DNA from: Azolla caroliniana | Lineage: Eukaryota > Plantae > Polypodiophyta | Reading direction: 5' to 3' | DNA length: 64,000 bases | Assembly (NCBI GenBank): GCA_043228905.1 | Contig: JBHGNT010000009.1 | Location: 6,014,001-6,078,000 of the forward strand | Part shown: piece after piece, positions 20,511-31,879 of the stretch | Numbering within the stretch: position 1 is the stretch's first letter | Layout: every line of letters begins with the position of its first letter | The notes under the pieces: model-generated | Told to the model about the DNA's origin: nothing | Database searches by the model: none | What the model saw: only the letters and a program-made list of their open reading frames with translations | Translations under genes and position numbers: made by a program

Positions 20511-21563
20511 CCGCGTGCGAAAAGCGGTCTTCCACTCATCTCCCGGTCGGATCCGCACGAGATTATACGCTCCTCGTAGGTCGATTTTAGTAAAAAACTT
20601 GGCACCATTAACTCGCTCTAAAAGACTTGATATAAGAGGAAGTGCATACCTATTCCGGATGGTGACTTTATTCAATCCGCGGTAATCAACGACAAGACGA
20701 AGTGAGCCATCTTTCTTCTTGACAAAGAAGATGGGTGCACCGGCCGGAGATTTCGAATGACGGATGAACCCGCTTGCCAAGTTCTCCTCAATGTAGGCTC
20801 GAAGGACTTCTAACTCGGTGGGTGACAAGTTGTAAATTGGTCCCCATGGTGGCTCGGTTCCTGGTTGTAAATTGATGGGACAGTCATAGGGACGGTGATG
20901 AGGAAGGGTACCAGCTTTTACCTTGTCAAATACATCGGCATAAGGATGATATTTTGCCGGAAGTTGTATTGAGGAGTCCTTCTTAATAGTGCTAGAAGGA
21001 TGTACTGATATGGCAAATAGGAACATTTCCTCCTTGGGTCCTTCTTCGCGTAGTTGATGGAGTGAAATGGTCGAAACTCGGTGAGTTGATTCTTGGGGTG
21101 GTCGATATCGGACTTCTCTTGTTCTCCAATCTATGGCTGGATTATGTAATTCAAGCCAAGGTAATCCTAGGACAATGGGATGCTCTGGACTACTAATTAT
21201 ATTAAATGATATTATACACACAAAACTACCTAGGACAACTTGAATGGGTTCTGATTCTTCTACAATATTCCCGGAAGCAATGGGACGACCATCAATGACC
21301 ACTACAGATGCGGGACAAGGAAGTTTTCTTAAGGATATCTGAGAAGCTTGGGCAAAATTTCGATCCATGAAACAGGAATTAGCTCCGGAATCTAAAAGTG
21401 CTAGGACGAGTACTGGGGGAGTACTTTTAGTACTAACAATGACTTGGGCTAGGAACACATTGCTAACTTGCTTGGAAGGAATGGAACCACTAATGGGCTG
21501 TACAGATCTAGGGCTGCTGTCCAACCAAATGGCTCCTATTTTGGCTGGACTCAATCGTTTAAC
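20511..21563 (-). pseudogene. pol: Element B pol, 5' part (protease and RT N-terminus), interrupted by C
   Basis: [59 protein letters not shown]. Confidence 0.95.
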
Positions 21564-22708
21564 TCTTCATCTAATTGACTAAGGATTTCAAATTTATTTG
21601 AGATACTTGGGCTATTAGTACTATGAATACTATCTGACACTCTATTAGTACTATTAATACTATCAGACACTCCGAAGGGAAGAATTGACTCGGGTTTAGT
21701 ACATGCGACGATTTGATTTACCTGTCTTCTTGGCCTATGGGGACAATTGATGGCGATATGTCCTGGTCCACCGCAATAAAGACATAATCGATTGGCACGT
21801 CGTCGTTGCTTTTCTTCTTCCGATAACGGGCCGCGTCGACGCATGGTATCGATCTCCATCAGTGTCGAAGTATTTGCTTGAGGTATGTCTCGTGCAAACG
21901 GTTTAGCCGCGACTGCGGCGTAAGTGGGCTCTGGCCTAGAGCGTGGTATCTGTAATTGACGTTCTGAACGCCGTTCAAAAAGGCGGTTGTCACATCGAAC
22001 TGCTCGACTGATTGCCTCCGTAAGAGACTTTGGTTCTTCGGGGAAAGTTAGAAGTAGATCTTTGACATCGTTTCGCAAGCCATAGCGAAACTGCTCCATT
22101 AGTGCTTGATCATCCCAGGGTATATCTGAAGCAAGTAGGCGGAAATCCGCCGCGTAGGCAGAGGCTGGACGATCGCCTTGACGCAATCGCCGGATCTTGT
22201 TGATCGCCGTCCTGATGTTGTCGGTGTCTCCAAAGCAGGCTTTAAACTCACCAATAAAATCTTCAAAGTTATTAAGTAAGGGTGATTGTTTCTCTAGAAG
22301 CGGAGCAAACCATGCCAAGGCTGAGCCGCTAAGTAGCGTGCCTATTAGGCCGACTCGAGATGCATCAGTGGGATATCGGGAAGGATGCATCTGGATGACG
22401 AAGCGTACCTGATTAAGGAATCCCCGGAATTGCGAACGCGTTCCATCAAATTTCACAGGAAGTCCAATCTTGGGCTCTTTATGAAATCCTTGGGGACTGG
22501 ATCCTTGTTGTTGCAACGCTGCTTCGAGTTGTTGTACCCGTAACGCTAACTCCCCATGTTGTTGTTGCGTTTGTTGTTTTTCTAGAGCGATTTGTTGCAG
22601 ATCCCCTATCAGCCGTTGGTTTTCTTGTTCCAGGGCAACAAACTTTTCTTTTAGGCATTGTAGCTCGGAGAAAACGGATTGGTATTCTTGGGCGCTAACA
22701 GTAGCCAT
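21551..22708 (-). CDS. gag: Element B Gag (coiled coil, capsid, CCHC knuckle), 385 aa, intact
   Basis: [45 protein letters not shown]. Confidence 0.93.
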   Translation of the reverse strand: MATVSAQEYQSVFSELQCLKEKFVALEQENQRLIGDLQQIALEKQQTQQQHGELALRVQQLEAALQQQGSSPQGFHKEPKIGLPVKFDGTRSQFRGFLNQVRFVIQMHPSRYPTDASRVGLIGTLLSGSALAWFAPLLEKQSPLLNNFEDFIGEFKACFGDTDNIRTAINKIRRLRQGDRPASAYAADFRLLASDIPWDDQALMEQFRYGLRNDVKDLLLTFPEEPKSLTEAISRAVRCDNRLFERRSERQLQIPRSRPEPTYAAVAAKPFARDIPQANTSTLMEIDTMRRRGPLSEEEKQRRRANRLCLYCGGPGHIAINCPHRPRRQVNQIVACTKPESILPFGVSDSINSTNRVSDSIHSTNSPSISNKFEILSQLDEELND

Positions 22709-22779
22709 AGTATAGGGAAAGGGGTAGGAGGATGAGGGAGAGTGACAAGTAGGCTAGAGGAAGGGAAATTGGTTCAAAC

Positions 22780-23220
22780 TGTCAGGAATAGTACTAAAAC
22801 AGAGATGGAATTAGTACTAAGAACAGCAGTACTATTAGTACTAAGAGGACGGGACTGCGTAAGATTCCCGAGAGAGGAAGTGAGAAGAGGAGAGAGAGAG
22901 AGAGATAGCGAGAATGAGAGAGAGAGAGAGATGATGACAGCAGCTATATATTATGTGAAAAGATAAGTACAAGCGGCTAAGAGGCTTAAGACTGGCGTTG
23001 AACCAATTTGGTTCAAAACAATGCCTTGTGCCTCCTTTTATAGTGTTTTTAGGAATAATCTTGAAGCTTCTAGAATGTTCCAGAGAGATCTGGAATATAC
23101 ATCAATTTTCTATGATAAAGTATAAATGAAAATAATATCCTACAAAATACAATTCCTAATCTAATGGTAAGAGCTCGACCCATGTAGCATAAGGTCATGG
23201 GTTCGAGTCTTGCCATGACA
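22780..23220 (-). repeat. Element B 5' LTR
   Basis: Repeat of 10313-10753. TATAAAA on the minus strand at 23042-23036. Confidence 0.95.
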
Positions 23221-23225
23221 GGTAC

Positions 23226-25059
23226 ACCCCCCCTCGTCGTAACACCAACCGACACTCCCATCTCCCAATCTACCCCAATCAAAGAAGTCAACACAGTCTT
23301 GCTCCAACAAATATTAAATTTGAAATTATGACTCACATTGCGCAAAGTATAGAGCTACACCGGCACCTTCGTGACTGACAACCCCCAACTACAACCTATA
23401 CTCACCAAGGAAATAGAGTTCACACTTGAAGAGCTGCTCCAACTCGACATCCAACCATGGCACGACGTCCATCGATGCCTCAATGGAGGCCTGTCAGCGG
23501 GTTATGGAGAAAAGATAGACACCCTCATCCCTCATACGACCACAGTCTCCAAACAACCCCAAGGAACATTGGTCGATATATGTGAAGCTCACTTCGAGAG
23601 CGACGACACTAGTTTCACTCTCGCCGTTTGCATCAACGGCATGACGTGTGACGCGATCATCGACACTGGAGCGGGGGTAAGCATAGTTAGCTACGAAGGT
23701 TGGTGTAAGTGGGGGAGCCCAAAAATGTTTCCTTCGGACGTCAAACTCCGAATGGCAGATGGGTCTATCCAACGACCAGAAGGCATGATCCTTGCATACC
23801 ACTTCACTATCCACGGGGTCGAGTTCAATCTCACCTTTGTCGTCACAAGATCATCCAATCATGTGGCCTACAAGTGTTTACTAGGGAGACCATTCCTACG
23901 TGTAAGCCGCCTCGTCATGGATTTTGGGAATGATACAATCTACATGCGCAAAAACAACAAAACCTTCCACATCAAAGCATACACACAAAAGGTGCATGAA
24001 CAAGAAGGCAACCCTCTCGTGGACGACTGGTCAGAAACTACCGAGTTCGAGACTAACCTCCTAGCGTGTAACCCTACAAAGACAGTCCAAATCTTGGCTA
24101 GCGGTCAGCCGTTTCCTCAAAAATCCACTAATCCTAAGGCGGAGAACGAAGGAGAAAGAGAGGATCAATCTGTAGCCTCCGATGCGTCAGAGATGAATTG
24201 GGTGCCCGCCCTCGCCACGACTGATGCATTGTACCCTATTGGTACAAAGTGTCGCGATGAGGATGGAGACACGATCTCGTGTTTTAATTTCACCACTCTC
24301 ATAACCCGACGAAAACAGGCAGACGTAAGAGACGCAGGCCTAGTGCAACGAATCACACGCCAGGAAGAGGATGCGACCACTCGGCAGACCTCGACAGAGG
24401 TGGACTTCCCGGAACAATTCAAACTCTATGAACAAGGGAGTAGGGCGGTGGCTTGTAAGAGACCACAACGCACCTCTATTGACGTGACGACACACCTACC
24501 ATGCTTCGCCGACAGTGTACCTCTAACAGCGGTGATCAACACTGGAGCATCACTAACCCTTTTCTCCTTCGAAACGTGGGAACATCTAGGTTCCCCAAAC
24601 CTCGAAGTATGCAACGATAAATTCCTTGGCTTCGATTGTTCTACATCACCCTACCTCGGAACCTTTGTGTGTAACATCAAGACAAAATATAGTGACCACT
24701 CAATTCGCGTTTGGGTCCTCCCACCAAAAGTGTTGTACACCCCATGCCTCCTCGGTTTGGATTGGTGTCACATAAGCAAATGTCTCCTGTCGCCAAGCAG
24801 GAACATCGTCTCCTTCCAAACTGCAAATGGTGTGAGGTCCGAGAAACTTGTTATAACAACTCTTGAATCACGCCCCACCGATGTCGACAAACTCGAGAGC
24901 GCGAACCCACCCAACCAAAAAGAATGCGCACAACCACTGGCCACCCACGGCCAGAGAAACGCTAACATCGGAACAAAGACACCTCCGCCACACAAATGGG
25001 TGAATGTCCACGCAACTTTCACCGAAGGACCACGCTGCAGAGAACGTGCTATTTGGTGA
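23226..25059 (+). pseudogene. Element A protease region with two tandem retropepsin domains
   Basis: AIIDTGAGVSIV...CLLGRPFL and AVINTGASLTLF...CLLGLDW within the 562-aa ORF. Confidence 0.85.
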
Positions 25060-25332
25060 GTCAGAAAAGCACTCACAAATGCCCAAGGTTGGCACAAAGG
25101 TGCCACTAGCTTCTGGGTCCCGAAAACAAAGCCGGCTTCCCACCCACGACTATACCACGACTTCACGAGACACTCGACAACTGCGCACATCGACCAAATA
25201 CCCCACCCAGGTTAAGGCCATAGGCCCCGACCGGACTTGGCAACTAAGAGTCTGAAGGCCCCATAGAACTACCACTCGAAGCTCCCCTCCCATAGTGCAC
25301 CCGGGAGTGTGGACTCATTAGGTCTGGGGGGA

Positions 25333-25911
25333 TGTTAAGCCCTTGGATAACACCACGACTAGTTGTGAAGAAGAGCGCATCAACAAGGACACAGTATGGT
25401 TAAAGGACCTAGGAAGAGGGAATGACAAGAGGAAAGAGGGCTAAAGGACATCGGAGTGTGAAAGGCCCATACCCTAAATGTGAAAGCTATATAAACCACA
25501 TAGTAGTGGCTTTGTGGGGGTTCTCCCATTTGTAAAGATCTCCTATTGATTAGAGCTAGAGCTTCCTCTCGTCCTTCTTGTAACATTTGAGCTTAAGAGA
25601 GATTAGTGAGGTGTTTAGTTAGAGAACACTAATCTCTCTCCTTGTTGGTGCTAGACCTCTTAGCAAAAAGGGTTAATAAACATACTCTTCCTTCTTATTG
25701 TCTATATCTATTAACCTATTGTCTATGAGAGAGAGCTTGAGAGAGTGAGAGAGATATCGTGCTCAATCATTTACTAATCGTTAAGTGAGTGTGAGGCTCG
25801 GAGGTATCCGACAACCATCTCTGCCCGATTCGCCATCAAGAGGGTATACGTCGGTCCGAATCCCGCCACAACATCGAGGAGCTTACTCCATCGATACATA
25901 GATCCTTAACA
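25333..25911 (+). repeat. Element A 3' LTR
   Basis: Repeat of 5368-5946, preceded by the GGGGGGA PPT. Confidence 0.95.
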
Positions 25912-26373
25912 TGGATCCGGCTAACGGGCTCCCTAGCTCACCGGCCTACTTGCTCACCAGCTCATCCTTCCAGATGCCGATCCGGCTCAGGCTTATTCAG
26001 CCGATCCGGATCCGGTTGAGCTTATTGCTCAACACTCCCCCTCAAGCTCAGCTTGAGGTTGGATCTTAGCTGCAGTCTCCATGGCAGCCGGTCCTTCCAC
26101 CCGGCTCCTTCTGGCAACACTCCGGCTCGCTCGCGCTCCTCGTCCAGTCCCGTCCTGTTTGTCGTGACCCTTCTGTTTCTGCGCACCTCGACCTCCTCGG
26201 TCGGCTTGTCTGCCCAACAGGCCCAAATCAGCTCCCTCGCTGTTGTGACTTCGGCGCTTGTTAATTCGCCGATTCCTTCGTGTTGGCGTTGACTTTTGCG
26301 GCCTTCTCGTCCTCTTGGCCTTGAATTTATCCGGTTCTTTCAAATCCGTCTGTTGAACCGAATCGACTGTCTC

Positions 26374-29300
26374 TTATTTGTTCCAGCTCTTGTCTGAATC
26401 GTTTGCTCCCGATTCGTTTTCCGGTTCCAGGCCCTTCACCACATCAAACCATGTCTGGGTCTTGGCCTTCTTCTTCCGGTCGGCTCTGTCCTTCTTGACT
26501 CTGCCGCCGCTGCTGCTTGTTCTGACTGGTTCGGATGTGTTAACTTCCTTTGTCGACTCGGCTCCTTTCTTCTTCTTGTCCCCCCCTTTGTCGGTTCTAC
26601 CCTCACCGACGCAATCGGCAGTCTCTTTGCCTTTGCCTGTTCTCCCCCTCAAGTGTGGCACGTCGAGATGCTGAACACCAAGCATTTCGGTGAAGTGCTG
26701 CAACTTGTCCGATCCGAGCAGTTTGGTGAAGATGTCGGCAACTTGCCGATGCGTATGAACATACCGAAGTTCGACTTCACCGCTTAGGACACGCTCACGC
26801 ATGAAGTGGTAGTGCACTTCTATGTGCTTTGTGCGAGCATGGAATACAGGGTTCTTGGCGAGCTGCATGCTGCTAATGTTGTCACAATAGATCAGGATCG
26901 GGGTCGGCACCTCGATCCGTAGGTCTTGCAGCAGTCGCCGAAGCCAAATGGCTTCACAGGTGGCAATGTTAGCGCCCCGGTATTTAGCCTCAGTGATCGA
27001 AAGGGCCACTATTGGTTGCTTTTTGCTGCTCCACGCAACAGCCACGCTACCAAGGGAAAACATATAGCCGGAGGTGGATCGGCGATCCGATGCATCGCCG
27101 GCCCAGTCGGCATCGGTGTAGCCGACTAGCTCTTTGGTTATACCATGTTAGTATAACAGGCCCCGTTCCTTCGTGCCGCTCACATACCAGAGTATCCGGT
27201 GTGCGCATTGAAGGTGCTCGACGGTCGGCTTCTGCATCAACTGGCTAATCACTCCGACCGGGTAACTAAGGTCGGGTCGAGTGATCGTCAAGTATATCAG
27301 GCTTCTGACGATTTGTCAGAACCGTTTCGTATCGCAGGCTAGTCCGGAGTCAGGCCGAAGCTTCTAGTTCCGGTCCAGGGGCGTGGAGATCGGCTGACAT
27401 TCCGTCATGCCGAACTTGTACAACATACTCAACACATAGTGTCTTTGTGAGAGCAATATGCCGTCGGGGGTTCGGATCACCTCGATCCCAAGGAAATAAT
27501 GAAGATCCCCTAGGTCCCTCATCTCAAATGAGTCCGGGTCCGGTGATGACTAGATCATCAACATACAACAAAATGCAAACCGGATCGTCCGGACCTTGCC
27601 GGATGAACAACGAAGAGTCGGACTTGGAGGCCATAAACCCCATCTCACACAACCGATGCGTGATCTTCACATTCCAAGCTCGGGGGGCTTGCTTCAGGTG
27701 ATAGAGTGACTTCTTCAGCCAGCATACCGCCGACTTGTTCATCTCTGTCTGGAAACCGGGAGGTTGGGTCATGACGGGAACTGGACGTTCCTTATACGCA
27801 ACGCTCGGCCACAACCGAGATTCTTTTCATACACAGAAAAATGGGAAATAAAACACGATACAAAGGAGAGGAAGATACATACACACTACACAGGAGGTTT
27901 ACGTGGAAAACCCCAAACTAGGGGAAAAACCACGGTAGCCCACAGGCTGCAAACTGTCGCTATGTATGAATGTACAAAACAGTGAGTTCTCGGAGGCAAC
28001 GACCTCGGACTCACGCTCTTCGCCACAGGCGGCGGTTACAACAGAGGCTACGACCTCTTTCTCTCTCACTCTGTACACTATTACGTGCTCCCTCTTCTTC
28101 TTGCACCAACAAGAAAAGTAACAACAACAACATCTAAAAGTTTGCCCTAAGTCATATTTATACTAATATGACTTTTCGGCTATTTACAAATATAGCCACA
28201 ATGGGCTCTCAGAAACATATCTACGAATATGTCTCTTCCTCCGGTTCATACAGGACCTGCACCATCCGGCTCTCCGTAGCCGGGTACTCCTCATCCAGCT
28301 CATACCGGGCCTGCACCATCCGACTCTCCGCAGTCGGGTACTCCCCATCCGGTTCATACCAGGCCTGTATCATCCGGCTCTCCGTAGCCGGGTACTCCTC
28401 ATCCGGTTCATACCGGGCCTGTATCATCCGGCTCTCCGTAGCCGGGTACTCATCATCCGGTTCATACCGGGCCTGTATCATCCGGCTCTCCGTAGCCGGG
28501 TACTCATGAAAAAACGCATTCTTCATGTCCATCTAGTGAAGATGTCAACCCCTTGCATCAGCAACCGCCAGCACCACATGAACCGTCGTCATCTTTGCTA
28601 CTGGAGTGAAGGTCTCGTCGTAGTCGATTTCGTGGGTCAGCGCGTAGCCTTTCCCTACTAACCGAGCCTTGTATCGGTTGACCGAGCCGTCAGTGTTGTA
28701 CTTGACCTTGTACACCCACCTACATCCGATCGGCTTCACACCTTTCGGTGCATCAACCAGGTCCCAGGTTTCATTCTCCACTAATGCGCGCATCTCTTCC
28801 TCCATTGTGGCATGCCAATTCGCGTCCTTCGCTGCTTTTGCATAGCTCTCCGGCTCACGCACTTCCGCTACACAGGTCATGTACGCATAGTGATGCGCCA
28901 TGTACTCATTGTATCCGAACCGCACAACAGGGTTCTTCTGGCAGGTAGATCGGTGTAATTGTTCATTATCCGATGTTGAGGCTTTCTTAGCCGACGTGGA
29001 CTTTGCTCTCGAAGATCCGTCATCACTTCCCTCGGAGTCGGACTCGCATAGATCGGACTCGTTCCTATCCGTGCCGTAATCTGACACCTTCTTCTTCCCT
29101 TTTTCCTTGCGCGTAAGCCGTCTCCTCAGCTTCCTGTGCGGGGAATGCACAGCCGAGTCTCCACTACTCGCCAGCTCTTCATCGGACTAGTCGAACCGAT
29201 TCGGTCGTCCATTCGGTCCGCTTAATCGAAACGAAATCGGACTCTCTTCGCGGGTCCCGATTTTAGCCTCATCCGGGGGCATCTCAGCCTCGATGACCTC

Positions 29301-31375
29301 ATCGTCAGAACTCAAATTGGAGGTGAGGTCCGGAGTCGGAGGCAAGTACCAGGACGTGGACTCGTCAAACACAACGTCGCGGCTCACGCGTGCTTGTTTG
29401 GTGCATGGGTTATAACACTTATAACCCTTCTGCTCGTCCAAATAGCCGACCAAGATACACTTCTCAACTTTCGCGTCCAACTTCCTCCATTTCTCCTTCG
29501 ACACATGCACATACGCAATACTACCGAAAACTCTCAAGTGTCACGGATTCGGCTTCCTTTCGAAATATAGCTCATGCGCCGTCACTTTTTCTCCGATCCG
29601 ATTCTTAATGTACATCGTGGTTCGTACCGCCCCGGCCCAATAGAACTTGGGGAAGCTCTTCTCCTCTAGCATTGCCCGTGCCGCTTCTACAATTGACCGG
29701 TTCTTCCTCTCGACCACGCCGTTTTGCTCCGGTGTGTATCTACAACTGAATTCGTGCCGAATTCCCATTTGTTGCAGATAGCCGTTGAATTGACCGGAAA
29801 AGTACTCTTTTCTGCCATCCGACCACAAGCACTTGATCTTTCGTCTTGTTTCCATTTCCACAAACCCTTTGAGGTCCTGGAAACAGTCGAAGACTTCACT
29901 CTTCTTCTCGATGAGGTAGATCCACATGTGCCGCGTATAGTCGTCGATGAAGGAGACAAAATATCGACTCCCACCAAGACTAACGTTTTGTGTCGGCCCC
30001 CATACATCGGAATGTATCAAGTCGAGCTTGTTCTGGCTCCAGTTACGCTCGTTAGGGAAAGGAAGTCGGTGTTGCTTCCCTAGCTGGCAGGCTTCACAAA
30101 TTCGTGCCTTCTGGCCACTAAATTTGGGCAATCCGAACACCACTTGTTTCGATTGCAGGTCCTGAAGCCGTTGATAGTTGACGTGGCCTATCCGCTTGTG
30201 CCATAAGTCGATATCCGACTCGACTGTTTGTCCTTTTGCGAACATTGCGGTGCCACCGTCACTAGAGTCGAGGATAAACATTCTCCCTTGTTTGCGCCCT
30301 TGCGCAATAACTCGGCCTTCTTCCTCGATGAAGCACCCAAGATGCGTGAACCGGACTTGCATCCTCTGGTCAACGATCTGCCTGACCGACACCATATTCT
30401 TCATGATTGTCGGGACGTACCACACCTCCTCCGACTTCAGGGTGATCTTCTTCATCAAGTTTTCTTCGTGTCTCGTCACGAAGATTGACCCTTTTCCGGC
30501 TTTTCCGGATGCTTCAGCGTAGTGCAATCGTTGCCGATTTCCTTTGTCGGTCTGTCCGGAACTTGATCCGGATCCGGTCCTCTCCAAATCGGTGCACTTC
30601 TTCCAACACTCTCTCTCCTTGTGGCCTTTTTTGTCATAGTACCAGCATTCCGCGACAGATTTCCCTTGCCGATTCTCATCGCCTCGACTCCCCCTGTTTC
30701 CGAAGGGTCCAAAATTGTTGTCAGCATCACTTTGGTGCCTTCTTCCTTGATCTCGTTGGCCACCTCCATTGCACACCGCCTCGCCTCGTCCGCCACGACC
30801 ACATCTTGTTGTCGGCATGCGTGCTTGTCGATGCACCCGCGTGGTTCTCCTCTATAAGGAGCATCGACTGTAAGTCGAAAAACGACGGTGTGTTCTCCCG
30901 CGTGTACACATAGCAGTTCTGAACGCTTCGAACTTCGACGCCAGTCCCTCGAGACAGATTTGCACCATCTCGCCTTCCTCAACGTTCACATCTCTTTGAT
31001 CTTCGAGGTGTAATCAGCCACCGACAAGTCGCGTTGTCGTAAATTGCTCAGCTCCTGTCGGAGTTGAAGCTTCCTGGCTGTAGTGCTTGTGGCGAAAATC
31101 TTCTTCAGATTTCCCCAAGCATCTTTCGGCGTTTTTGCATCCCGAATGTAGCTTAGGAATTGTTCGTCCAAACAAGACGCAAAGCAGTACAATACTCTAC
31201 ACGCCGACTGTTCCCACACCGGGAAATCTTTGTGTGTCTATTCGGGTGCTATGTCATTTGCTCCGTCGACATAGCTCCAATAACCATGCCCGAGCAGGTA
31301 CTAGTGCATCTTGTAGGACCAAGATGCGTAGTTGTTTCTGTCGAGCTTCTTCGTCGGAAGCGAGCTAGCCATGCC
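26374..31375 (-). pseudogene. pol: Element D gag-pol (fragmented)
   Basis: [75 protein letters not shown]. Confidence 0.9.
27772..28506 (-). mobile_element. Truncated LTR (same family as 6525-7276) inserted in the D RT
   Basis: Closely similar to 6525-7245. Its U3 end is missing and there is no TSD. Confidence 0.88.
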
Positions 31376-31468
31376 TCTATCCATTGGTTTTTACCTGTTC
31401 TTCTTGGTTGGTTTCCTTTTCAAACTATGTCGACTGCAGAGGTTCTCAACCCTCGCGCTCTGGTACCA

Positions 31469-31879
31469 TGCGAAAGAATAGCGTGCGGAAGCAATAGAAA
31501 ACCGAACACAGAAAACGCAGGTTTAATGGAGAGCTTAGAATATACACATTACACGGGAGAGATAGAGAGAGAGAGAGCGCACAAAAAAACTCAATTCAAA
31601 ATAATACTCAATCTGTACATCGTATGTGTTCAATGAACACTTTTATACAAGTCCATACGGACTGACAGAAGTACGGTGTACTTCAATGCTCACACGAGCG
31701 TCTGACACTAACTATGAGACATTAACTACCTAGTAGTCTAGGCTGCTACTAGGCTTCCGGTTACTAATGGATCCTGCTAACCAGCTCCCCAGCTCACTAC
31801 CTCACTTGCTCACCGGCTCACCAATCCGGCTCATCCATCCGGATGCCGATCCGGATTCGGTTGAGCTTGCCACTCAACA
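31469..31879 (-). repeat. Element D 5' LTR
   Basis: TG...CA ends, directly adjacent to the iMet-like PBS. Confidence 0.85.

Larger units (their letters stand above)
10313..23220 (-). mobile_element. Element B: chromodomain-bearing Ty3/gypsy (Tcn1/Tf1-sushi-like), TSD AGTAC/GGTAC
   Basis: 441-bp LTRs at 10313-10753 and 22780-23220 (2 differences seen). PPT AGGGGGAGATAG. Order gag-PR-RT-RH-IN-chromo. Confidence 0.95.
5368..25911 (+). mobile_element. Element A: non-autonomous Ty3/gypsy LTR retrotransposon (Gag + two proteases, no RT/RH/IN; about 6.9 kb without nested inserts), TSD TGGAT
   Basis: LTRs at 5368-5946 and 25333-25911 (TGTTAAG...TTAACA). TGGAT at 5363-5367 and 25912-25916. PBS at 5953 and a G-rich PPT before 25333. 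Inserted in the 3' LTR of copia D. Confidence 0.92.
25912..31879 (-). mobile_element. Element D: decayed Ty1/copia. Its 3' LTR is split by A, with a further remnant at about 5322-5367
   Basis: 5' LTR at 31469-31879. PBS TGGTACCAGAGC (iMet-like) at 31457-31468. gag-IN-RT-RH remnants. PPT at 26035-26046. 3' LTR piece at 25912-26034. TAGTAGTCTAGGCTGCTACT occurs at both about 5326 and about 31731. Confidence 0.88.

Noticed and set aside
24870-25330. env-like ORF in element A
   Set aside because: The region is short and has no transmembrane segment or long ORF.
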